A DNA stretch of 64,000 nt from Callorhinchus milii. Its lineage: Eukaryota. Where the stretch lies: positions 4,216,001-4,280,000 of the forward strand of contig NW_024704768.1 in assembly GCF_018977255.1 (NCBI RefSeq), written 5' to 3'. Positions 12,996-24,429 of the stretch are shown in pieces. The notes below the pieces were generated by a model, which worked only from the letters and a program-made list of their open reading frames with translations, had not been told where the DNA came from and searched no databases. The translations under genes were made by a program, and so were the position numbers. Position 1 is the stretch's first letter, and every line of letters begins with the position of its first letter.

Positions 12996-13622
12996 CTCCA
13001 AAGGGTGTTATATAACTGTAAGTTATTGTTGGTGACGTTGTTAGGATTGTTTTTGCTTACGAACGCTCCCCTCGACCCACAGCAGGTTAAAAACAACTGA
13101 TAGCCTGGCTGGAACAAGTTACTATGATCTTCCTCATGCTTTCCTTTCATATATATTTTAAATAGTAATCTTTGCGGAGTTTTCCTACTTTATCCAACTA
13201 CTTGTGTACGGATCTTTAGTAAAAAAGCATTAACAGTACTTAGTAAAACCTAACACTGTGTTGACTTACAGTATCTGTGGATTATTGTCCATTCTTCAGT
13301 TGCAGAATGCCTCGATTACGTTCAGTCACCGTACGTCGTGTAGGAACGAGGAAATGCGCAGTCTGGCGACCACTTTAGTGTCTCTGGAGCATGGTTTCAA
13401 GGGAGTTTACCGGAGCCCCGTGAAACTTGCTCAAATATTCGTTGTAGAGGCTCAGGGTACGTGGCGGCCTCTTTTCATTTGGGTCTTCACGTCCAAAGCA
13501 TCGAGTCTTTATCACAGAAGTGTCACTTGATCCTATCCCGGCTGAACGCGATCCTCGCGGAATGGTTCAGCGGGACGAAGAGCCAAATCGTGCGCTGAAT
13601 TCTTCAGCCGAGCTTGCAGATG

Positions 13623-14035
13623 TAATAATAATAATCCTTGGAATTTGACCGTGCGCTTTTTTATATCACAGCTTCGAGAATCTCAAAGCGCTTCGCAGGA
13701 CGCGCCGTCAAGTGAATCGACTGCACGGTTTGTGGGCAAAACCGGCAGCCAACTGCGCCCAGCGGCGTCCCCCCAAACAGTCGTGGATTCGGTTATCAAA
13801 TTATTAAGGGATTATTACCCCCGGGAAAAGTGATCCTCCAATCGACTAACAACCGGGTTCCTGCTCGCTGCTGGGTAAGCAGAGGTGTGTGTGCGCGTGT
13901 GGAGTAAGGAAACTTGCCCAACATTTTGCCCTGACCTGAACCGCCCGGGAATCGAGCCCAGGAATCGAATCCGGGTTCCTCTTGCTTGCGAGGCGAGAGG
14001 GACTCTGAGCGCTGAGCTACAGGGGGAAACTCCAC
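13623..14035 (-). mobile_element. tRNA-derived SINE in POU6F1 3'UTR
   Basis: Full head, body and tail. Confidence 0.85.
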
Positions 14036-14281
14036 TCCACTTTAGTATAAAGTATTCAGCACTAACAGTAGCATCTGTGGCAGCACCAGCTCCGAGTGAA
14101 GGCGCGCCACAACATTCCCGACGAGGTAAAACACAACGCAACTGCGTGACTATCCCCGTTCTCTGCCCGACTGTCTCATTTACCCGGTTCAGGTTATCCT
14201 CGCGGTAACGAAGGGCCCAGAGACGCTGCTTTTTTGGGACGGCTCGACTTGGCCGGACGCACGTTCTTCTGCCGGTCGTGT

Positions 14282-14666
14282 TCAACCCGTTCCTGTAGAG
14301 TCGGTTAACGGGGCCAGCAAACCGGAGTCGTTCTGCTGGAGCCTCTTGACGGTGTTCTTCAACGTCTGCCTCTTGTTGCAGAACCAAACCCTCACGACCT
14401 CTCGCTCGTAGTTCAGCTGCTCGGCGATCTGCGTCATCTCCTGTCCCGTGGGGTGGGTGTTCTTCTCGAAGTGCACGTTGAGGGTCTCGAGGGCCTGCGG
14501 GGTGAAGGAGGTGCGGCGCTTGCGTTTCTTCGAGGGTTCGCTCCCCACGAACTCCGTCAGGTTCTGTATCCCCGCCCGATGCCTCACCTCAGCCTCCGTC
14601 AGCCACCGTTCCAGCACCGGCTTAATCTTCTGCGCACTCTTCGGTGTGATGTCTAATTTCTCAAAC
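14282..14666 (-). CDS. POU6F1: POU6 last coding exon (end of POU-specific domain, linker, homeodomain, stop)
   Basis: FEKLDITPKSAQKIKPVLERW...WFCNKRQTLKNTVKRLQQ...GTG-TGA. Confidence 0.95.
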
Positions 14667-17600
14667 CTAGGAGAACGCCAAACAAAAACAACAACAAATT
14701 ACATTTGTATAGCGCCTTTACTTTCGGCCGATTTCCCCCTCCTCCCCCCTCCCACACACACAAACAATAATAATCCTCGCATTTGTTAACAGAGCGCCTC
14801 ATCACGTCTTCGAGACGTCTCAAAGCGCTTCACGGGATACACCGTCAAGTGTAGTGACTGTATTGTGTGGGTGAAACGCGGCAGACAATTGCGCCCAGCG
14901 ACGTCCCCACAAACTATCTCAAAGTTCCTCCTCTTGCTGTTGATGCTCTCGATTTTTCTAACCACACATCTCAAGAGCTGGGCATCAGGTCCGACACCCC
15001 AGTTGTCCTTCTGCTCTGCAGCCCACCCCCCCCACCCGACCCCCCCGCGCATCCCCACCCAACCCCACATCAATTGCAAAATTAACAACACGTGATGTTT
15101 ACAGGGGGCCTTTCACGTCGGGAAGACGTCCCGAGGCGCTGGACAGTCAGGGATCCACACCCGAGCTGGTGGTTGGGATGAGGAGGGGGTGGAGGGCGGA
15201 TAAGGGGGTAACCACAGGCACGGTTGGTCGAAGAGGAAGGTCTTGAGATGGGTCTTGAAGGAGGCCAGGGAGTGGAGGCGACGCGAGGCGGAGGGACTGG
15301 AGATGGAGTTCCAGTGGGGGCGGGGCGGCAGAGAGGCTGAAGTCGATGGTGAATTAAGCCTCCAAAGTAAAACACGTGGAGGTAGGTAGAATATTCCCGG
15401 AACAATTCTGCACTCACCTGCACGGGAGTGGGGTAAGTCGGGTTCAGAGTACTGCGCCTTACATGCTTTAAGTACGGTTATTTCACGAGGGCCTGCTCAG
15501 TTAGTTACATACCAAGAGGGTGGTGTGTGTTGGCTACCTGCAGATGGCTGACTGACTGTACGCTGGGCCTTCTGCAGCGCTCAGCGCTTGTCCAACCTGG
15601 GTCTGGGTCAGACCCAAGGACAGTCGGCGGATCTTGAAGTTCTTCGCAAACTCGCGAATCTCTTCCAGGTTTATCCCATCCACCTCTGTCGGTGCGTTTT
15701 GAGGTTCTGGTACGAGAGGGAAAGGAGAGAGAGAGAGAGAGAGGAAAAAAAAAGGTCAGGATTCCATTCCCCGCGCCCCACTCCAGCCAAAAAATAATCC
15801 GAACAATAACTCGGTCGCTCGCGACGATCTCCTTGCGTTTGATACACCGCCTCGTCGCGTCTTCGAGATGTCTTCTCCGCCGAATATACGGCAAAGTGCA
15901 GTGACTGTGTGTTTCGGATTGATGTACAACTTGGGGGCCACTGCGCGACTGATACAGATCAGACTCGTGCGAGTTGTACTGTGTAATCTGACTGTCCGAT
16001 ACTTACTGCTGACCAGCTGTCCTACGCTGGCCGTGGAGGGAGTGTTGATGGGGGGGCTCAGGGGCTCGCCGGGTGTGGGGGCTGCCACCGGCATCACCAC
16101 AGCCGCTGATGGTGTTAATGTTGCCGTAGTTGCTGCTGGCGTTACACTGGGCTGTGTGACAGGAGCCGCTGTCTGCGGAGTTTGTACCTGTAATAATAAT
16201 AATAATAATAATAATTGACTGTCCAGTGAAGGCAAAATGCTGCAGATGCTGGAAATCTGAAATAGAAAAATGAGATGTGAATTTCTCGTGGAATTCCTCA
16301 GGGGTTCTGCAAACGGGGACGACACCCGGTGAATAATACTAATCGTTGCATCTCACAGCCCGTTGGGAGGGGTCGGAAACTGGCAAATCGATCCAACCGC
16401 AGCCTTTGGAGCTCTGGTTCAGTGTAAGTTTCCTTTTAAGATTTGCGCTTGGGCGACTTCGAAGTTAAGGCTGGATTCAACGGTTTGCCAAACTCTGGAC
16501 GTCCCCTAACGCTGTATTAAACGGGAGTAAATCTGGAGCCCGGGGTGGGGGTAGGAATGAATTTCTCCCTCGTGGCCAGACTGAGTTTCCGGTCAGTAGA
16601 AGGCACGAACACATTACTTATCCCACTTAACCTTTCGGCATCTGTGATGAATTCAGGCAACGCAGCTTAAGCACATCTGGGGCAGCAGCGTCCCCACAAA
16701 CAGCGGGGGATTGAGTGACCACGTTTTTTGGGGGGGAAAGTGATTTAGCTAACAAGCGGGTTCCTACTTGCTGCCGGGTAAACAGAGGCATGTGTGTATG
16801 TGCGTGTGTGTGTGTGTATGTATATGTGTGTCTGTATGCGTATGTGCGTGTGTGTATATTTGCGGGCACGTGTGTGATGGCGTTACCTGTTGTGCCGTCT
16901 TCGCGGACGAGGCCGGGACGCCCGGACTGCTGCCGAGGACGGACATGAACGGGTTGCTGATGACGGTGGCGATCACCTGGCCCTGGGAGGTCAGCAGCAC
17001 CTGTGGAGAGAGGGACTGGACCTGCAGACTCTGGGCCGACAGCGTCACCGGGGTCACTGCCGGGTTCAGCACAAAGGGCAGCGTCCCGATCACCTGGAAC
17101 ACGGGAAGAGCGGACTTGCAGATAGACCCGGAGACCACTTGCCAGGCTTTTTTTTTTTCCCCTTTCCAAGAGGGCGAGCGCGACGACTTAGCGTGGTCCA
17201 ACTGAGTTGGCGGTCCAACTGCCGGCCCCCGGGTCGCATCCGGTCCCCGAGACCGATTTCACCCCCCACCCACCCACCCCACCTCCATCTCATCTGGCAC
17301 CCCCACCCGTTCCCCTCCACTTAACCCGTGATGTTTCTGGAAGGGAAAGGCCAAAGGTACCGCCGCCTTAACGGGACCCCGGTATTTACTCGTCTCAAAG
17401 TCGGGTGAGCCCCCGGTCCTCGGCGGCCGAAAGGTCGCGATCCCTGATCGTTTCGATCGAGCGCCTGATCGGGCGGCCGAGGATGGGATTGCGCAGCGAA
17501 GGGCATCGGGTCGAGGAGCCGGTGCGAGCGGAGCAGGCTCACCTGTCCTTGCGCATTGGTGATGATCTGGTTGGTGATTCCCTGAAGGCCAGGCAGGGCG

Positions 17601-20472
17601 CTGGCTATAACTGAAGTAGCAGCCAAGGATCCCATCAGCGGAGTCTGACTGCTCAGCTAGGGAAGGGAGAGAAAAACATACCGTTCGTCTCAATAATAAC
17701 AACAACAGGGCCTTTCACGTCAGCTGGACAGACGGAGTTACGGACCCGAGATGATGGTAATGTAATTGTAATGGGGGCTAAGCGTTAGGCTGTTACATAC
17801 TTCTTTTCAGTTTCCTGTTGTTTCTTGATAAGTCATTCAAAAACTAACGGTTATTGGGCTGTTAACCTTCCAAGCCAAAGCCCTAACTAACGGGGAGGGG
17901 GGGGGGTCCCAGCTTGACAAGCAGCGGGAAAGCTCGGCCAGACAGCGCTCTCTCTCTCTCTCTCTCTCTCAATGGCCAAGTCATGTGTGGGTTTAGCTGG
18001 TTAGACTCCAGCAGTTACCCCCAACGCAAACTCTGGGCCCCCCACACATCCCCCCAAGGCTTGGCTCTCACCAACCTGCGCCTAATACTCTCTGGGTCTT
18101 TAACGTCCACCTGAACCCGCAGATGGGAACTTCTGTAAAGTAGCGGCTGTGTTCTTTGCAGGTAAACGCAGCAACCAATTTGCACCCAGCGACTTGTTGT
18201 TGATGTGAAGCAGCTTGAGCAACGATTCCCCCAATGGATCTCACATTCAACAATGATGAAAGGGTGGCAGAGTTGGGGAAATCCCAGGAGAGCTTCCACA
18301 GTCCCTTTGATGAGACAGACTGCTCGATAGGAGGAGTCCTGTAGCTCAGTGGTTGGAGCGCTCCCCCTCGCAAGCGAGAGACATGGGTTTGCCACGCACG
18401 TACACACACACGTCTCTGTTTACCAGCAGTAAGTAGGAACCCGGTTGTTAGTCGATTGGCGGATCGCTTTCAGGGTGTAATAATTCCTTTTTAAAAAAAT
18501 AATAATTTGGTCGCTCAATCCACGGCTGTTTGTGGGGACGCTGCTGTGCGCAATCGGCTGCCGAGTTTCGCCCACAAAACATACAGTCAATTCACTTTAC
18601 AGTATATTTCCGTGAAGCGTTTTGAGACGTTCTCGAAGACGTGATAAGTCGCTGCGTCAAATGCCAGGATTATTATTATCATTATTATTCATAATAACAA
18701 CTCACGATTGTGGGGTTCAGGGCCAGTCCTTGTATTGGTTGGATTGAGGTGACCTGGGGTTGCAGCTCAGACTGTTTCGCGGTTACAAGAGGTGTCGCGA
18801 GCGACGGGAGAGCGGTCAGGGGCTGGAGTCCGTGTTGAACCTGTGCGGGTTGGAATGCCGACGCTGCTACAAAGAGAATCGGAAACAGGTGCGAGGCGTT
18901 TTAGAACCGAAGATCGACTACAGCAGCCACAAACCGTCAGGTGGCAAAGGGGAGGAACGGTTAAGTTTACCGCTGCGTAAAAGGGACACAGCACAACAAC
19001 AACAACAACAGAGTGCTTGACGGTGGCGGAGTCTGACCCCAAGCCGGTGGAGGGGGAGAGAGAGGGGGGGAAGTGGGGTGACCGTAAGCACGTTCAATTT
19101 GTTGTCATTGCGGTTGACGATAATAACCCTCACATTATTTTTTCCCCTCTAACCAACCGAGCGACAAGACTTCACGCGACGTGTAACCTACCCTGTATGT
19201 TTGCGAGGGGGAGCTTTAGGATGCCTCCTGCAGTGGTTGGGGTGGTCAGGCCTGACACAGTTGCGAGACTCGCTGTGGGAATGGTCAGCACGAGTCCCTG
19301 GTGACCGGTCACTTGACCGGCCATGTTCAGCGGGATGAGGAGAGGTTGGTTTAAGGAGACGGCTCCAGTTGATGTCATCACCACCGCGGCCAGTCCCTCC
19401 GCAGCCAAAATCTGAGGGCAGAAATCAGTTTCTAAGTCTACTATTAAGACGATAATCTGACAACAACCCTCGCATTGGACCCGGCGCCCGATCACGCCTT
19501 CGAGGCGTCCTCAAAGCGCTTCACAGGATCTGCTGTAAAGTGAATCGACCGTGTATTTTGTGGGCGAAACGCGGCAGCCGACTGCGCACGGCAGCGTCCT
19601 CACAAGTGAGCGAGTTACCTGTGGCATCGCGGCTGTTGAGTTGGGCGCAGACAGCTGGGCTTGTGGTTGCTGGCTGGCCTGCACCTCGTTGGCTGGGGTC
19701 ACGGCGACTGGGACAGCAGCGACTGGTGTTATTGCTTCTGCCTGGCCTGAAAGGAAGTAAAACTGACCGTTTTGTTAAACAGAAATAAATAAAGTGGACG
19801 CTTACCATACAATAATAATATCGATAACAACAATAATCCTGGCATTTGACCCGGCGCCTGAGCACATCTTCGAGACGTCTCAAAGCGCTTCACGGGATAC
19901 ACTGTAAAGTGTAGTGACTGTGTAATTATGTGGGCGACTGCCAGCGGGGGGTGTGGGGGGAATTAGTTGGGGGATTGTTGGCCGGGACACTGTGAGAACC
20001 TCCCTCCCGCGCGGCAGGGGATCTTTCAGCAATTGGCACTTTTTTGTGGACCGAGGTCTGCAAGGCAAATGCTTAGCATAGAAACAGAAGGAGGCCATTC
20101 AGCCCCTCGAGCCTGTCCCGCCATTCCATTAGAACATGGCCTATCTGTACCTCAGGTCCAATTACCCGCCTTTGCCCCGTTCCTCCTTAACACCCCGACC
20201 TCACAGACATCTGTCCACCTCGGGCCCCTCGAAAGCGTGAATGACTCCAGCCACGTAAACACAATAGGTCCTCGCTCACCAATAGGACCCGCGCCTTGGT
20301 TCTCAGGCGCAGGGTCACTGGCCACGCCTGGGGCTTCCACATTCCCGCTGCTTCCGTGTTTTCCCTCCGACGTGGCTGGCGCGGCGCAGAGGGCATTCCC
20401 CTGAAGCCCGGCATCGTCCGCGGCTTTCGACGGCATCTCCTCTTGGCTTGACCGAGTGCCCTGACCAGACAT
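14282..20472 (-). CDS. POU6F1: POU class 6 homeobox protein at the POU6F1 syntenic position: join(20280-20472, 19619-19746, 19192-19411, 18706-18866, 17543-17656, 16887-17093, 16007-16187, 15538-15706, 14282-14666), 585 aa from MSG start; possible upstream coding exon 24201-24261
   Basis: All exons GT-AG and phase-compatible (1758 nt); POU-specific domain INLEEIREFAKNFKIRRLSLGLTQTQVG...SAICRFEKLDITPKS and homeodomain KKRKRRTSFTPQ...VVRVWFCNKRQ; flanked by TFCP2 and DAZAP2. Confidence 0.88.
15538..15706 (-). CDS. POU6F1: POU6 exon, POU-specific domain
   Basis: PQNAPTEVDGINLEEIREFAKNFKIRRLSLGLTQTQVGQALSAAEGPAYSQSAIC; 169 nt. Confidence 0.95.
16007..16187 (-). CDS. POU6F1: POU6 exon
   Basis: VQTPQTAAPVTQP...ASVGQLVS; donor |GTAAGT; 181 nt. 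Confidence 0.85.
16887..17093 (-). CDS. POU6F1: POU6 exon
   Basis: VIGTLPFVLNP...SLQVQSLSPQVLLTSQGQVIATV...TAQQ; 207 nt. Confidence 0.9.
17543..17656 (-). CDS. POU6F1: POU6 exon
   Basis: LSSQTPLMGSLAATSVIASALPGLQGITNQIITNAQGQ; 114 nt. Confidence 0.9.
18332..18690 (+). mobile_element. tRNA-derived SINE
   Basis: GGAGTCCTGTAGCTCAGTGGTTGGAGCG head through GGATTATTATT tail. Confidence 0.85.
18706..18866 (-). CDS. POU6F1: POU6 exon
   Basis: ASAFQPAQVQHGLQP...QPQVTSIQPIQGLALNPTI; needed to bridge phase 1 to phase 0; TAGCAG tandem acceptor, |GTGAGT donor. Confidence 0.85.
19192..19411 (-). CDS. POU6F1: POU6 exon
   Basis: ILAAEGLAAVV...NQPLLIPLNMAGQVTGHQGLVLTIPTA...GGILKLPLANIQ; 220 nt. Confidence 0.92.
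19619..19746 (-). CDS. POU6F1: POU6 exon
   Basis: QAEAITPVAAVPVAVTPANEVQASQQPQAQLSAPNSTAAMPQ; 128 nt, phase 1 to 0. Confidence 0.85.
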
Positions 20473-20483
20473 GGCAGCGGGCC
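20280..20483 (-). CDS. POU6F1: POU6 exon containing MSG ATG (20472)
   Basis: PAAMSGQGTRSSQEEMP...ENQGAGPI; CAG| acceptor, G|GTGAGC donor. Confidence 0.8.
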
Positions 20484-20955
20484 CTGCGAACAAATTAACG
20501 TCAACCATCTACAGCTCCCGTCGAGTCGAGCGTCTAGTCGTTCACCCACAAAACACACAGTCCAGTCACTTTACAGCTTAATCCTTCGAGACGAGGGGAG
20601 GGTGCGACCGTAGGCACAGTCGGTCAAAGAGGGAGGTCTTCACGGCGAGACCTGAAAACAGGGAAGGACGTCCCAGGGAGTCTATTATTATGTGAAGTAT
20701 ATTATATTAATGTATTAAAACAAGGCAAACACATTCAATAGCAATGTACTACTTACCGAGCTGAGAGCAGCCTTAAACACTGGGCAGAATTGAATCTACA
20801 AATAGATCCCAGCGTCAGGTTACATTTCCTGGAACAATAGAGAGGGAAGACATTTGCGTGAGCTGTGACTTTTAGCAGAAATGATGCTATTTGAGGCTGG
20901 TTTCCGAATGTCTAATTAACATTCTGAACAGCGTATATTCGAGATAAAAGAATGT

Positions 20956-20986
<31 letters not shown>

Positions 20987-23900
20987 AAAGAGAAGCAAAA
21001 CAAAGAGAAAGAACAAAAGAGGTGTTGAAAATGATTGCTTGCTGAAAGGAAGGAAACAGCACAAAATGTTGACAAGTTGACATGAATGAGGGAGCGTCTG
21101 CTCAAGAGCAGCAACTGAGAAAGTTTGGGCGGCGTAATAAGAAAACTGTAAACTTGAGCCACGGACAAATACTGCACCAATAAAGGATATTTGAGAGTGG
21201 GAATGTTAATTATCAAATAGGAACCCAGTTGTTAAGTCGACTGGCGGATCGCTTTTCCGGGGCTAACCATTCCTTCCAAAAATAATTGGCCGCCAAGTTT
21301 CTCCCGCAAAACACGCAGTCGGTTCGTTCGACAGTGTATCCCGCGAAGCGCTTTGAGGCGTCTCGAAGAAGTGACAATAAAAGGCGCTGCGTCAAACGCC
21401 AGGATTATTATTAGGATTGTGATATAATTGTTTGCGTGCCCGTCAAAAGGGTGGAGCGAAACTACCGAGACCCTTGCCAATTTGATCAGCTATCTGTTTG
21501 TTTGCTTGCCGAGTTGACGGTCTCACTTGCAAAGTGCCACAAAAGCTCTCGCGGCGGACGGCTTCGGAACTGCTGCCTCGGCGAAGCCACGTCTCACATT
21601 TCCCCTTCTCCGCGTCAGTGTTTTCCTTCCGACTTCTCGCCCACGTTCGCAACGTTCATCTGTTCGGCCGAGATTTATTTACTTTGGCTGCCAGAGTCTC
21701 CGGGACTTTGCCCGCGAGTTCTCGTCACCAACGCCCTCGAACCCGGCAAAGGCTCTCGTCCGACCGACTCACCGCAACGGATGTTTATTTCGCTCCTTTG
21801 CTCATCGTGAGGACGTCTCGAAGCCCTTTACGCTGCCGACTCACCCACTTACCTCCCCCCCCTCTCTCCCCCCACCCGTAGCCCTGCAAACTTGTCCTCC
21901 CCAAATAATTAATCGACTTCTCTCTTAAAAGTTTCTTATCGAATCGGCATCCACCGACCGGCCTTTCGGGCAAAATTGTTTGACGGGAGGCAATTTCGAA
22001 AGGATCTTCCAACAAAGTTCCACAAGTCTATTAAGACACATGAGTCTGACGGCCCCCTTCCTGGCCTGTTGCTGTGTATACTAGTCTCAGTCTAGTGGAT
22101 TTTATTACTGCGTCCCAAATAAAAGCGATACGATACTTGCTTTATCCCGTTTCCATTAAACATCCACGTTGAATTTGGAAGCTTTGACCCTGACGCACTT
22201 GCAGGATAGTTACCATCAGGTTATTGCCCACAAAAGGTTTAAATGCCTGTCTGGATCCAAATAAATTAAAAGCATCATTTAATATGTAAGAGTAATCTCT
22301 TTCAACCCTCTCGTCTGCTGAAATCCACTCAGACGCATAGACTGAATCTGCTCGCAGGAGTGATCTCGCTGCACATTACATCGTGCCTCCAAAAATAGTT
22401 ATTTTACCATCAAGAAGCCCTTCACCCACGAAAAATATGCAGTCAATTCACTTTACGGTGTAATCTATGAAGGGCTTTGAGACGTCTGGAAGACGTGATC
22501 AGGCGCTGTGTCGACTGCGAGGATTATTATCATTAAAGCGAATACTGTATTAACATATGCAGTAAAAGAAAGCATAACATAAATCATTCGCCCACAAAAA
22601 ATGCAGTCACACTCCACTGTACAGTGTGTCCTGTAAAGCGCTTTGAGACGTCTTCCCGACACAAAATCAAATGCAAATATTATTATTCTTATTCTGCCAT
22701 ACCTTGTGTCACTTTTGGAGGAGTGTGGACAATGTTAACTCACAGAAATCCTTTACGCTATGTCTTTATGAAAGCTCAGAAGGTACAGTTGTTATTATTA
22801 GTACGGCAAAATGTTAATGAGGTAAGTTAACTACCTTAGCCCCAGCAAATTACATTAATTACAAGAAATACACATACTTTTATAACTAATACAAGACCCT
22901 CGCAACGCTGGCAACATATAATCCTTGTGTCATTAGTGAGGACATATTAATGAATTATGGAAATTAGGTTAGTTTGAAAATAGACTGCGTCCAAAACTAC
23001 ATAACTGATCTCTATACAACTTTGGAGTGTAACGGTTGTTCATTGGGGAGACCTTTTAATGCTTTATGCTAATTTAACCTAATTTACAAATTAAATTAGG
23101 TTAATTACAAAATCAAGTTTTTCCAATGGAGGGGTAGGGGGTAAAGCCGATGGCCCTCACTGGAGGGAACGGAACAGTCTTGAAGTCTGGGTTAATCATC
23201 GAAAAGGACATTATTTGCCACTACTTGCACTCCCTCATCCCGGTCAGGAACCTGTGCTTGTTAGTCGATCGGCGGGTGGCTTTCCAGCGTTGGTAAACCG
23301 CAACCCCCCCACACCACCCAAAAAAAAAAAAGGGGGTCACTCAATCCACGACTGCTTGTGGGGACGTCGCTGGGCGCAAATTGGCGTTTCGCCCGCAAAA
23401 CGCAGAGTCACTACACTTTACTTTACGTCCCGCGAAGCTCTTTGAGACGTCTCGAAGACGTGGTAAGTGAGGCCCTGCACCCAAAGCAAGATTTATTATA
23501 TTATTATTATTATTTTTATTATTATTTTACTCTGTGACATCCCTGAAGAACAGATCCGTACTTTATCTCCGCGATGAGGATAAACTCTTCAACGGATCCA
23601 CCGGGCAATGAACTCTTAACGTTACCAAGACAGGACTCTATAAACAACCTCAAATTAATGCCATTTCAATTCAAGTAACGTCCTTTCCCAAAGGCCCTCA
23701 ATTCATCGCATTTTTTGGTGGGGGATTAATTTTTTTTTTACTAATCTCACGTCAACTTCCACACAGAGCTGCCTGTCGGCTATCTGTACTTAACACGGAA
23801 AAGCCGCACAAGGATTACGATGGCAATAAATGAAATGCAACGAAGAATGAAAACAAAATGACCGTGGGCCTATAATACGTCTCTGTTCACTCCACCCGCT

Positions 23901-24200
23901 GTGTTGACTAATGTTTCGAGTCGATCAAACGTCATCAACGTGACGGGAATTGAACCAAATGATTATCCGTTGAGTGGGATTATTTCGACGGTGCGAAACC
24001 TTTGTATTTTTTCCTCGTCAAATGGCTGTTGAGGATAATACTAATCCTCCCGTCGACGTCTCAAAGCGCTTCACGGGATGCACTGTGAAGTGTAGTGACT
24101 GTGCATTTTGAGGGCGAAACGAGGCAGCCAATTGAGGCACAACTGCGCAGAATACAGGATAACAGAGAGAGAGAGAGAGAGAGGGAGGGGGAGAGGTTAC

Positions 24201-24306
24201 CTTCTGCTCGACAGACAGAGAGTCCTCCTGCAATGTCAGACCTCCGGTATCCATTGTACATCGCTGGAGGAGAAGGTGTGATCTGCCTCGCCGCATGCTG
24301 GGGAGT
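24201..24306 (-). CDS. POU6F1: Probable POU6F1 upstream exon (ATGs at 24261 and 24254 in different frames)
   Basis: AAG|GTAACC donor, pyrimidine-rich acceptor; the MDTGGLTLQEDSLSVEQK frame resembles the recalled human N-terminus MDPGAGSETSLTVNEQ. Confidence 0.55.
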
Positions 24307-24429
24307 CTGCGGGGAGGGTGCGGGGAGGGGGGGAGTGGGGTGGGGAGGGGGCGGGTAGGAGCGGGAGAGGGAGAAAGAAAAACAAAGCAGTCAGTCTAGG
24401 TGGTAAAATCCGAGCCCAGAAATATATAT

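Noticed and set aside
21400-21830. CpG-rich overlapping ORFs in POU6F1 intron
   Set aside because: No homology recognised and no convincing paired splice sites; may be regulatory but unsupported
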